From NCBI RefSeq assembly GCF_009914755.1, contig NC_060930.1: DNA of 64,000 nucleotides, one strand, 5' to 3'. Made by a program: the position numbers and the translations under genes. Positions within the stretch are counted from its first letter, which is position 1. Every line of letters starts with the position of its first letter. A model generated the notes under the pieces. That model made no database searches. It was not told the DNA's origin and was given only the letters and a program-made list of their open reading frames with translations. Positions 14,401 through 26,565 of the stretch are shown here, piece by piece. This stretch comes from the human T2T-CHM13v2.0 reference genome, Homo sapiens.

Positions 14401-15254
14401 ATGCAAATCAAACCCACAATGAGATACCATCTCACACCAGTCAGAATGACTATTATTAAAAAGTCGAAAACAACAGGTAGTGGCCAGACTGTGGAGAAAG
14501 AGAACACTTTTACACTGTTGGTGAGAATGTAAATTAGTTCAGCCACTATGAAAAGCAGTTTGGTGATTTCTCAAAGAACTTAGAACAGAACTACCACTTG
14601 ACCTAGCAATCCCATTACTGGGTATATACCCAAAAGAAAATAAATCATTCTACCAAAAGACACATGCACTTACATGTTCATTGCAGCACTATTCAAAATA
14701 GTAAAGACATAGAATTAACAAAGGTTCCCATTAAAGGTGTACTGGGTAAAGAGATTGTGGTACATATACACCATGGAATACTATGTAACCACAAAAAAGA
14801 ATGAAATCATATCCTTTGCAGCAACATGGATATAGCTGAAGGCCATTATCTTAAGCAAATTAACACAGGAACAGAAAACCAAATACCACATGTTCTCACT
14901 TATAAGTGGTAGCTAAACATCAAGTACTCATGAACACAGATTCCAACAATAGAAACTGGGGACTTCTAGAGGGAGGAGAAAGAGAGTGGGGCAAAGGTTG
15001 CAAAATGAGTATTGGGTACCATGCTTTGTAACTGGGTTGGATATTATTCATGCCCCAAAACTCAGCATCGTGCAATATACCCAGGTAAAGAAAAATCTGC
15101 ACATGTACCCAATGAATCTAAAGTAAAAGTTGAAAAAAAAAGTTACAAAGCTATGATAATCAAAACAGTATAGTGGTTGCATAAACAAAAACATAAACTA
15201 GTGAAACAGAATAGAAAGCCCAGAAGTAAACCCATCCATTTGCAACTAATTTTT

Positions 15255-16320
15255 TTAAATTTTACTTCAAGTTCTGGGATACATGTGCAGAATGTGCAGG
15301 TTTGTTGCATAGGTATACATGTGCCATGATGGTTTGCTGTACCTATCAACCCGTCATCTAGGTTTTAAGCCCCGCATGCATTAGGTGTTTGTCCTAATGC
15401 TCTCCCTCCCCTTACCCACCACCCCCTGACAGGACCAAGTGTGTAATGCTCCTCTCCCTGGGTCCATGTGTTCTCATTGTTCAACTCCCACTTATGAGTG
15501 AGAACATGTGGTATTTGGTTTTCTATTCCTGTGTTAGTTTGCTGAGAATGATGGCTTCCAGCTTCATCCATGTTCCTGCAAAGGACATGAACTCATTCTT
15601 TTTTATGGCTGCATAGTATTCCATGGTATATATGTGCCACATTTTCTTTATCCAGTCTATCATTGATGGGCATTTGGGTTGGTTCCAAGTCTTTGCTATT
15701 GTAAATAGTGCTACAATAAACATACATATGCATGTGTCTTTATAGTAGAATGATTTACTTTCCTCTAGTATATACCCAGTAATGGGATTGCTGCATCAAA
15801 TGGTATTTCTGGTTCCAGATCCTTGAGGAATTGCCACACTGTCTTCCACAAGGATTGAACTAATTTACATTCCCACCAACAGCGTAAAAGTGTTCCTGTT
15901 TCTCCACAGCCTCACATCTATTGTTTCCTGACTTTTTAGTAATTGCCATTCTAATTGGCATGAGGTGGTATCTCATTGTGGTTTTGATCTGCATTTCTCT
16001 AATGACCAGTGATGATGAGCTTTTGTTCATGTTTGTTGGCTGCATGAATATCTTCTTTTGAAAAGTGTCTGTTCATATCCTTCACCCACTTCTTGATGGT
16101 TTTTTTTTTTTTCTTGTAAATTTGTTTAAGCTCCTTGTAGATTCTGGAAATTAGACCTTTGTCGGATGGGTAGATCACAAAAATTTTCTCCCATTCTGTA
16201 GGCTCTGATGATAGTTTATTTTGCTGTGCAAAAGCTCTTTAGCTTAATTAGATCTCATTAGTCAATTCTGGCTTTTGTTGCAATTTCTTTTGGTGTTTTA
16301 GTCTTGAAGTCTTTGCCCAT
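15255..16320 (-). mobile_element. 5'-truncated L1PA7/8-like element, antisense
   Basis: Antisense L1PA 3' UTR (gatacatgtgcagaatgtgcaggtttg...ctaggttttaagccccgcatgcattagg); ORF 15523-15723 matches the ORF2 C-terminus (TWMKLEAIILSKL); perfect 18-bp TSD catttgcaactaattttt at 15237-15254 and 16321-16338. Confidence 0.93.
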
Positions 16321-18055
16321 CATTTGCAACTAATTTTTGACAAGGGCACCAGAAATCCACAAGATTGAAAGATAACCTTTTGAATAAATATTGAATAGAA
16401 ATCTGTGTATCTACATGTAAAACAAACAAACTCTTACCTTACACCAAGCACCCACATCAACTCAAAATAAAGACTTAGAGAAGAAGATATAGAGGAAAAG
16501 CTCCTCGAAGTTAATTTTAGCAAAAAATGCACAGACAACAAAAGCAAAAATAAACCAGTAGTATTACATCAAACTAAAAAGCTTCTGGATAGCAAAAGAA
16601 ATGATCAACAAAATGAAAAGGCAACTTATGGAGTGGGAGCAAATATTTGCAAACCATATATCTGATAAGGGATTAATATCTAAAATAATACGGAATTCAT
16701 ACAGCTGAAAAGAAAAACATTAATAAATATGACTACAAAATAGGCAAAGAACTTGAAAAGAAATTTCTCAAAAAAAGACATCCAAATGGCCAAGAAGTAC
16801 ATATAAATGTGCTCAACATCACTAATCATCAGACAAATGCAAACTGAAATCTCTAGGTATCATCTCACACCTACTAGGATGGCTGTTATAAAAATAAAGA
16901 AGTAAATAAATAAAAGGTAAGTATTGCCAAAGATGTGGAGAAAAGGGAACCCTGTACTGTTGATGGGAATGTAAATGCATAAAGCCATTATGGAAAACAG
17001 TATGGAAGTTCCTTAAAAAATTAAAAATAGAACTAATATATGATCCAGCAATCCCACTTCTGGGTATATATCCAAAACAGTTGAAATAGGATCTTGAAGA
17101 GACAAACATCTGCATTCCCATGTTCATTGCAGCATTATTCACAATAACCAAGATATGGAAGCAACCTAATTGTCCATCAATGGATGAATGAATGAAAAAG
17201 TCATGGTAGATACATACAATGGAGTACTATTCAGCCTCAAAAATAAGGAAATCCTACCATTTGCACAACACGGATGAACCCGAAGACATTATATTAAATG
17301 GAATAAGCCAGACTCAGAAAGATAAACACTGCATGATTTCACTTACATGTGGAATCTAAAATAGTCAAACTCACAGTAGCAGAGAGTAGAATGGTAGTTG
17401 TCAGTGAATAGGGAGAGGAAGAAATGGGAAAAGAACAATTAAAAGGTACAAAGTTTCAGTTGTGTAAGATAAGTTCTGGAGATCTATACATCATTGCACC
17501 CATCACTAACAATACTGCATTACATACTTAAAATTCCTAAGAGAGTAGATCATATGTTAAGGGTTCTTATAGAAAGACAATAACAACAACAACAAAGAGG
17601 GCAGGAGGACACTTTGGGAGGTGATGGATGTGTTTATGGCTTTGATGGTGGTGCTGGTTTTATGGATGTATACTTATCCCCAAACTCGTCAAGATGCATA
17701 TATTAAATGTATACAGCTATTTATATGTCAATTACACCTAAATAAGTTGGTCTTTTTAAAAAAGAAATTAAGTAAACAGAAAAGATGCAGTCTCTACTTG
17801 ATAAAATTGCCACATACTATGTTTTATGGGAAAGGGGAAAAAAGCCCTTTAAGTTGACAGAATGCATACCAAGGTAATACAGGAAAACATTTGAAAAATA
17901 GGATTTTCATAATGTTTTACAAAAGGAGAGTTAACACTGAAAATTGTGCAAGCTCTCTTCTTTTGAAATATGAGGTAGAACAATTTTTCTTTTCATTTGA
18001 ATAGTCTCTAGGACTATTTAACACCATATCATGTTTTCAAACAGCTATTCAGGCA

Positions 18056-18361
18056 ATTGAGGCCTCTACAGAAGTAATTCAGGTTAAATGAGGTCATAAG
18101 TGTGGAGCCCTGTTCCAATAGGATTAGTGTCCTTATAAGAGACACCAAGGAGCTCTCTCCCTCTTCACAAGCTCACAAAGAGGTTCTGTGAGTACACAGC
18201 CAGAAAGCAGCCACTAAGAGAAGAGGCCTCAGGATAAAACCTACTTTGCCAACATCTTGATCCTGGGCTCCTGAGACTCTCAAAACGTTAGGAATAAAAT
18301 CTGTTGTTTAAGCCACCCAGGCTGTGGTATTTTGTTATGATAGTTTTAGCAGACCAAAACA
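18056..18361 (+). mobile_element. MLT1A-like LTR fragment
   Basis: ggttaaatgaggtcataag...ggattagtgtccttataagagac ... ctgttgtttaagccacccaggctgtggtattttgttat. Confidence 0.85.
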
Positions 18362-19439
18362 GGGCTGTTCACATCTCCACTTACCCATTCATAGTTTCTC
18401 TCCAAGGTTGTATTTCCTAGATAACTAGATAAAGAGGATTCCATCACCACACTGGTTCTAATTCTAAATGTTTATCCTACAAATATGATCTTATTTTTAT
18501 AATCTTATAAAGTTATAGACCCATTATCTGTAAGAAAACTATATACATGTTGCAGAAAAAGGATCAAATACCAAAGAGTCATTTCAGCAAGTAACTAACC
18601 TGCCATGTAATCCAACTTTGCCAGCATATGAGAAAGCAGGTTTAATTTGGGAGTAGAGGAATAGAGCCACTAGGAAGGACTGGATCAGGGCCTCTACCAG
18701 ACACTGTGAAGAATCTTTGTGTGAATTGAAAAAGGCAATCCTTCCTTGAGTTAAAAAAAAAAAGGATAATTTATTATTATACAACCAGACCCAGGGTACA
18801 TGGTCATTCTGGTGTGGGGAAAATAGGAATGTAGGCAGCCACCCCACTTGGCATCATTAGGTAATCCCAGCCAACAGGGATGATGAGTGGTTATCTCATG
18901 TCATTATTTCTCTTGGTCAAAATTAGTCTCATTTTGGGTTCATCATATTGAATGATGATTCTAAAAGGCTCTGTGGAAAGAGAATCTCCTCTACTGCTCA
19001 TGGAGAATACTATTCATCCTTTCTAGTTACTCCATGCCAAATCAATTCTGGTTCAAGACCAAAGCTAATATTAGAAGAAAAAAAGTTTTCAAGTGTTTGT
19101 TTATTTTAAAAGAACAAAATCTACTCTAGGGAATAGTGGAAAGTGTAATCCTTCTTCCCACAGGGGTGTGGTAGGGGGTGTTATGTGAGGCCAGGCCTAA
19201 GAGAAAAGACAAGGAAAGGTTGTTTTTTTTCCCTCATTTTCAGACTAGCCATCTGTGACTTAAAAATAAAAAGAAGGAAAGAAAAAGTCTTGGAGAATCT
19301 TGGCTTCCCCTTTGCCAATATATTTGAGAGTTCACTTTCTGTTCAGAATGTGAAAGGGACATAATTATTTCCACATCTGACTAATATGCACTTATTTGTG
19401 AAGGGCCATAATCCCGTAACCCATCTGGATCAGGGTCTT

Positions 19440-19615
19440 GGTTGTATTGAAAGTCAAAAAATGAGGGCTGTTTTCATCCTGGCTCCTCTTCTGACTGAGT
19501 CACCATGTCCTTGGGCAAGTTATTTCCTCTCTGTGTACCCGCTTTTAAAAACAGAGAGATAATAGTGTTCCTGACCTCCTTACCTCACTGGGATGTTGTC
19601 AGCATTAACAAGCAA
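19440..19615 (+). mobile_element. MIR SINE fragment
   Basis: ccttgggcaagttatttcctctctgtg...gataatag...acctccttacctcactgggatgttg. Confidence 0.65.
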
Positions 19616-19869
19616 TAGACTCATATTTTTAGAGTAGACAGAAAGAAAATTGCTTAAATTTTAAAATATTATTTTTTTCTTCCCATAGATCTATTTTGTT
19701 CATCTTAAAGTTCCAAAATGGATCACAGGGGACAAATCTTTGGAGTCTTTCCAGTTTTCTTAAGAAAAATATGAAGACCAATGACATTAATTTATTTTGG
19801 GGGAGTTTTTACAGACAGTAAGTTACCAAACAAATAAAAATCATGGGATGAACTATTAAGAAAAAATAA

Positions 19870-20115
19870 TCACAGTGTAGTAAAAATAGCACTGAATTGA
19901 GAGTTGAGAAAAAAAATCTCGGTTCTAGGTTTTGATTACTAACTTATTTAAGTCAAGTTATACTTCTCTAAGCCTCAGTTTACAGATTCAAAAAATGAGA
20001 GCCTATGATAATAATAGTTATCAGGTCTAGGGTACTGAATTTAACAAGATTCAAATAATATATGTAAATACTCGTTACAATTATAAAACACTGTGCAAAT
20101 ACTAGATTTTGTTGC
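19870..20115 (+). mobile_element. MIR SINE
   Basis: cagtgtagtaaaaatagcactgaattggagag ... caagttatacttctctaagcctcagttt ... ataatatatgtaaa. Confidence 0.7.
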
Positions 20116-21744
20116 TACTGTGAGCATACCAGCCCATCTCTGTGGTTACCACAGCATCACCTCATTGCTTCAAGGACAGTGGTTACACCAATTTACTTGG
20201 ACATGAAAAGAGTGTCCAGCATGTTCCACATAATTAGAGCTCCTACCCAGCCATTTTTCACTTTGACGGGGAAAAAAAGGAAGGGAAGGGCTGTGTTCCA
20301 TGTTTAGGACACCCTTTGATTCAGATATAAAATGAGAGCTTTGAGGCTGAGGTGATGGGTCTGTGCTGACTCAGGAAATGAACTGTCTTCTTCCAAGGAG
20401 CCTTAAGTTCTACCCATTTCAGGGTGTGTCAGCAGAGACACAGAAAGTCAATATTCCATACAGTAAGGTTTGAAGCACTGCTGATCTACTCAAGGACTGA
20501 AGGAAAGGACGGTGGAAGAAGGCTTCCAATATTTTCCAACATTGGATGGCAAGAAAGCAGCTTTGCTAGATGACAGCTACAGTCCCCTCCAACCCTGCAG
20601 CTCAATCAGTCTATGAATCAGCAAACCATAAAAATAATTAAGGAAGTACACATAGTCTCCTTGACTCCTTTGTCCTTTTTTTGGTGACACAGCCATTCTG
20701 AGTCAGTTCAGAAATAACCTGGGTTTTCAGTTTACCAGAGTCTGTCAACCTTTCTCGGCCACTCCAAGCCATCCTTATAATACTTTGTTCTTTACAGACC
20801 ACCCCTCTCAATTCTGCCCTTAATGATCTTCTTATATCATTGTATATTTTTCTATCAGGATCTGCCTTAACAACCAGATTGTAAAGTCTTTGGGTGCACA
20901 AAGGCATCACACTTCTGGCTTTTCATGGCACTTTGTAATCTTAATTCTCTGAGGTTCATACTTGTTGATGAAATCAATCATTCCAGGGTCACTCTTTGTG
21001 TGTTTTTGCCTTTGTTTCACTGGTCCTTGAACATCATGCCCCACGTCACAGCATTTCCTTCTGATGCTTTGTTCTGAATTTCCATTCCTGTTTACGCTGC
21101 CACTCCAGAAAACTTAAGTACCATCCAAAGACCATGTTCACAAATGTCTAATGGGAAGTGAGCCATGAGATGCTAGCCATAGTGGGTCTATGTGCTATAA
21201 AAAAACTTAAAAAGTACTCAGTGTAGGAAAAATTTCACAACAACCATTCCATGGTGAAAAATAAATATTGGCAATAGGCATGAGAGGGAAATAAGAAAAA
21301 GAGAGACTCATTTCTCAAAACTGAATGGCAAGTGACAACTGTGCATTACTTTGACTATGCAGTGATTCCAAGAGCAAATGTGGAAGAAAGAACTTCTAGA
21401 AGTTTAAATTCTACTCTCATATTTTTGCCCTACCTATTTCTACACTTGATTTACACTCTGCAGAATAGAGAAGATCACTGAGTTCAAAGAACATTCAGTA
21501 GTAGGCAGGATTGTGGGTGAAAAGGAAGAGTGGAAAAGAAGGAAAGAGCAGAAACTCTGACCTATTCAGAATACTATGTTCATCTTCCTTTGCACCTACA
21601 CTGGGAAAATGGTTGTTGAAACACTGAAAGAAGGCAACAATTTCAACACATTGAATGGAATATAGTGGATTAATAGTTCAGTTTTATGTTCCAGTTATTG
21701 AGTCAAGAATATTGATGCCCAGGGCTAATGATTACTTTACGGTG

Positions 21745-22231
21745 AGTACATGGTAAACTGATGGCCCTATGTGTTCACAACTCCCTGTATCCATACCCTT
21801 TGCAATATGCCTTTGCATATCCGTCCTTTGCTAGTTGAGGTCTATTTTCATGCTTCTTATGCCTGGGCTCGCTTTTGTGACTTGCTTTGGCCAACAGAAT
21901 GCAATATGATGGGGTACAATCAAGAAACCTTGCATGCTTTACCTCTCTCTTGTCTCAGAACCCAATTTCTAGCATGAAAATAAGCCTAGGCTAGCCTGCT
22001 GGATGAGAAGAAATACACAGTCCCATCCTCCATATCACCCAAACTGATAGCCAGCCATGTGAGTGACACTATTCTATATCAGCCTGTTTCTAACTGACCC
22101 AACAGCAGACATAAGATGCATCGTTGAGCTCAGCAGAACTAAGCAAAGATCAGATAAGCAGAACCCAAAACTATCTAGCTAGCCAACAGTCTCATCAGGA
22201 ATAATAACTGCAACAAAAGATAATTGATACA
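21745..22231 (+). mobile_element. Older MLT1 (MLT1G/H-like) LTR
   Basis: ctccctgtatccataccctttgcaa ... gtgacttgctttggccaacagaatg ... agataattgataca terminus. Confidence 0.75.
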
Positions 22232-22409
22232 GAGTCATTCAATCAATAGTTTGGCCAGACACTTTGCCTACTAAGAGAGGCATGTACATAAATCTGGAGA
22301 TAGCCAGGAGCCTGAGCCAGTAGTTTTCAGAGTTTATACTCCTACCAGGGCTGTTTGGAATCCAGAATAAGTAGTTCCAAAAATAAATTTAAAGCTCCAG
22401 AGAACATTT

Positions 22410-22612
22410 TTAATAATAATGATCTTAGAAGCTAACATACGTGAAATGGTTACTACAAAGCCATAATCTCCTCTAATTTCATCAAATATAAGCTATTATT
22501 ATCCTATTTTATGGATGAGAAACTGAAAGTAAGAGAAGTTAAGTTGGTAACTAGAGCTGAGATGGAAACCTTGTTGAGTCTGATGCCTAACCCCAGGTTA
22601 TAAACACTGCAC
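22410..22612 (-). mobile_element. MIR SINE, antisense
   Basis: attattatcctattttatggatgagaaactgaa...agagaagttaag. Confidence 0.7.
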
Positions 22613-23224
22613 AATAGTGTGTCACTGGAGATGTGGCAGTATTTTCACAGCTGGCAACCAAGGACCAATCTTGGAGGCAACTCTCCTATCTACAGTAGAA
22701 ATGGTATTTGGGGTAACTATCTAGGCTTATTCAAAGGAACAGGAGGAAAGGGGGCAGCTGGAGAGAAGGTAGTTGCTTAACACCTGACAGATGTTATTAC
22801 AGCAATAAACAAGCCCAGCAAATCCTCCTTCCCTCTTTAGAACATTTGTCTCCATGGTGAAATAATGCAAAACTGGGCAAGAATCAGTCATAACCTGGGA
22901 GAAGGGAGGGCTCAGGGTCACAGAGGCTTAGCAGAGTCCTCTTTGCTGACTCTGACTCATCAATCCCTGAGGAGTTAAGCACTTGCTTAACAGCTCTCCC
23001 AGTCATTTCAATAGGCAACAGGAGAAGGGGACAGAGCAAGCAGGAATCTCATGCCATTGTAAAGTTTTTAGATTTGATTTGGGATTTCTCAGTCTCCCCT
23101 GTGAGCATTGCAAAATATTTCTGCCCATTCTGGGTATGATTAATCTATCCAATCCACATGAAAATTACCATATTGAGTGCTCCAAAAATATTCTGTGTTG
23201 AAGAATCAGTTTATAAGTTAATTC

Positions 23225-23430
23225 CATTGTATAGAATTAATAATAATTAATTCTACTCTCAAAGGCAACCCTATGATGTAGGTATTAGTATTTTCATTTT
23301 AACAGATGAAGAATTTAAAGTTTGGAGAGCGGATAAGCAACTTGCCAAAAATCACAAAGCTGGGCCCCCAGTCAAATCTAGTTTGGCAACCGCCAGAACC
23401 CATGCTTTCAACCATTCGCTACTGTCTCTT
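23225..23430 (-). mobile_element. MIR SINE, antisense
   Basis: caaccctatgatgtaggtattagtattttcattttaacagatgaaga...aagcaacttgccaaaaatcacaaagct. Confidence 0.75.
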
Positions 23431-23537
23431 ATGACTACCATGGTAATAGAAATTTTATTTTTAGTATACTAGTAATTTTCTGGAGGTCAGGGACAAGAAT
23501 AAGATTCAGCTTGAACTCTTGCCTATATTCTCTTTAG

Positions 23538-23590
23538 AACTTGGAAATGGCACTGAAGATAGAATTCCAAAGATGTCAGCACCTTGACAG
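23538..23590 (+). other. Candidate 53-nt internal exon of an unknown, probably non-coding transcript
   Basis: Acceptor cttgcctatattctctttag| and perfect donor CAG|GTAAGT. Splice signals only; no transcript evidence. Confidence 0.3.
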
Positions 23591-25069
23591 GTAAGTCCTG
23601 AGCATCTTGAGACTTCATTATCTTCCAAATTATCACATTTCCAGATTCCTTACAGCTAATTTCAACTCTGCCAAAACTGAACAGCAAAACCATCAGACTT
23701 TTCTTTAGGTATTTATAGTTTTTTGTTTTTGTTTTTTAATGCACCCAAGACATAGCTCCTAGTTCCTGAATCAACTATGCCAGTGTTTCTCTGAGCCACG
23801 CTAAAGGTCTGAGATATGTTCTTACCCAACTAATCTGTTCTCATTTGGGACACAGAAAAAAAGCACATTCCAGGAATAAGGTTGGGTGCATTCAAGTGAA
23901 GGATACAAGTCAGGGGCATCCAAGAGACTCAGCACGTTCTGTGGTTATTTTCTTAAACTTACTTGTGTGATGGTGAGTTTTTGTGTGTCGAATGCCTGAG
24001 TTACAGGTGGGCAATATGAATGCCAGATCTCTACAAAACTCATCATTTTCTTATCATTTCCTTCTTCTTACCCCTTAACACTTGCAGACAGCGCATGTTT
24101 GAAGTTCAAGTTTCCAGCCATCACAAGTGTCATTGCATACGACTATAGCAAAGTGGAGAAGGAATTCATCAAAGTCCTCCAATACAGCCCTCCCCCACGC
24201 ATGGAGTCTAACGCACTCTTTTAAGGATAAATCTAACTTCTGTTCAAATAGTTCTAATACAGGCAACTCATGAGCTTGCAGGATGAATGATTAATTAATT
24301 AATTATTTGAGTGGTTCAATTTACTAGTACAACAGACAGATATTAAAACTTTCTTTATCTGTCAAGCATTGCCCAGTGACGGAGTTAGATGATAAAACAT
24401 CCTACTCTCAAGAAACTGACAGTCCAACATAAGAAACACAATCAGCCTCCCTTTAGCATGTCACCCCTCTTTCACGGTTCTCTTTTAAGGTGCCACAGAG
24501 TAAATTCAGTCCTTTCTCTACTTAACACCCTCAGCTATCTGTTAGGTATCATCTCATGTTTACAATCCTGGATCTTTCAAACTATAACATGGCTTAAGGT
24601 TTTGTCCTTCAATGGCTACTAGGATTATCCTAGTAGTTCTCCTCTAGCTCTACCCTAGGTCAATCGCCCTTCTAAAATCAGGAGCCAACTATTGAATTAA
24701 ACATTTAAGGATGCCGGAAGACCATGGTCTTCCCATATCAATGGCTTCCAAATCAGATTTAAAGCCAAAATTTCAGTTTTAAATACTTATCTCTGGAAAT
24801 AAATGATTCCTATGAAATGCCCCTAAAACAAACACAATGTGAAGTTCCTATCAGTCAAAGATATTTTTCACAATGAGCTGTAAGTTTTCTACTTTTGACA
24901 GAGAAGAACAGGAGAATAGTTTCTAACCAAAGAAAAATAGGAAAGAAAGTCCACTAGTGCTGGAAAATATTTACCTAGGTATTGACTTCATTGATGTAGC
25001 ATCAATGTTGACCATGCTAAAGACTATGAAAAGAATGCAGGGTTTGTTATTACTATATTTCTAGATATT

Positions 25070-26050
25070 AATGACCAACATTTAGTCTTTCGTGACTTCT
25101 ATCAACTGCTTTCTACTTCTTAAATTTTTTTGCGCCTATGATTGCCCCTTCTCTACCAGCTTCATTGGCTTTTTATTCTGTTTAGATATTTTAAATGTTA
25201 GCATTCTCTAGTATCTGACTTTCATTTCCATGTTAAGTTTCAAGCCTCTTCATGAGCTTCCCATTGCTTCCATCAGTCTAAAAGCTGGCAACTGTACCCC
25301 TCAATCTGTATCTCCAGCCTGGACCTCTCTCCTGGGATCCACAAGTATATTGCCAATTTCCTAACCCACTGTATTGCCTTTGAGCACATCAAATCAATTA
25401 TTCTCTTTTCCAAATATGTTTCTCCTTCCATATTCATAATCTCTGTTCATTTTGTCACCGTCCACCTTATTAACAAGCTAGCAAATCCTGTCTATTCTAC
25501 CTCAGGACTATTCCCTGATTGCAGCCTTTCCTTTATAGCTGCAGGTATCACAACTAGAAAATAGCTTATTTTTCTGTTCTTGTTTCTCTCCTGTTTATTC
25601 CATCTTCCACATTGCTCCCATAATTATGCTCCTAAAATAAATGAATGAATTGGTATAATCTGAACATACCAATCTCCTTCCTGTAACTGTTTGTGGTGCC
25701 TGTCACCTTTACAGAAAATAGTCTAAAATTATTATATAACAAAAATCTCCTTCACTATCTGTCTCCAACTGTACATCTTCTACATAAACCCACTCCCAGA
25801 CCATTCTCTGCACCTCAATACACCCACTCTATACACATACAAACTCTGCTTCAGCCACCATGAACTTCTTACTTGATCTTTTTCTTAAACATAACCTATA
25901 ATGATTTTGTCTTTGACTGTGCTGGTCTGTTTTCCTGAATGCCTATCTCTTTTTCAAGCTGACAAGCTCATATTTGTCCTTCAAAATCCAACCCAAATCT
26001 TTTCTCTTCTGGGAGACAATTTCTGACTCATCCAGACAGTAATAAATTTC
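25070..26050 (+). mobile_element. L2 LINE fragment(s)
   Basis: atctgtatctccagcctggacctctctcctg, catcttccacattgctc, tccttcaaaatccaacccaaat: typical of the L2 3' region. Confidence 0.65.
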
Positions 26051-26269
26051 CTCCTATGCATTGGTGAATTATCAAAAATATTATTGTGCATCAGACACCA
26101 GACATGCTAGACACTATGCTGGATAACGGATATACCATGTTTAGTTAGGAAGATAGAAAAGTCCCTACTTTATGGGATGTACAATCTGGTGGGCAAGATG
26201 GGGCAATATAAGTAATTCAAGTACACTGACCATTATAAAAGAAGCTATGTTTTACAGAGATCTGTAGTC

Positions 26270-26565
26270 TAGTCAATGCTGTTCAATAGAATTTTCTATA
26301 TCTGTAAAGTGTTCTATATGATAGCCACTAGCTACATGTGGCTATTGAATAGTTGAAATATGGCTAATGCAACTGAGGAACTAAATTTTTCATTTAATTT
26401 AATTTAAAAGCCCTGATGTGACCACTATGCAATCTATGCATATAACACAATTGCATATGTACCTTATACATTTGTGCCAATTTTAAAAAATAAATAAAAA
26501 TAAAATGGGCAAAAAAAGATTTAAATAGCCAGCTAGTGTCATTTATATAGGATAGTGAAGTTCTA
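26270..26565. mobile_element. MER3-like hAT-Charlie MITE, interrupted, within an antisense L2 fragment
   Basis: gctgttcaatagaa...atatgatagccactagctacatgtggctattga...gaaatatggctaatgcaactgaggaactaaattttt; resumes at atttaaatagcca after the insert. Confidence 0.75.
26409..26518 (+). mobile_element. Very short 5'-truncated L1 3' end (L1PB/L1MA-like) inside the MER3
   Basis: agccctgatgtgaccactatgcaatctatgcatataacacaattgcatatgtacc followed by an A-rich tail. Confidence 0.7.

Larger units (their letters stand above)
10457..15141 (+). mobile_element. L1PA15/16-like LINE with 5' UTR, internally deleted, nested in the host L1
   Basis: GC-richer 5' UTR 10457 to about 11900; decayed ORF1 about 11970-12877; ORF2 C-terminal part (ORF 13860-14198: [29 protein letters not shown]); 3' UTR ctcagcatcgtgcaatatacccagg...aatctaaagtaaaagttg plus A tail. 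Host sequence ttcaaattattttaca / aagctatgataatc is split around it. Confidence 0.85.

Noticed and set aside
9126-14459. Reverse-transcriptase-like ORFs (9126-9365, 13860-14198) as a novel RT system
   Set aside because: They are ordinary decayed L1 ORF2 fragments with stops and frameshifts.
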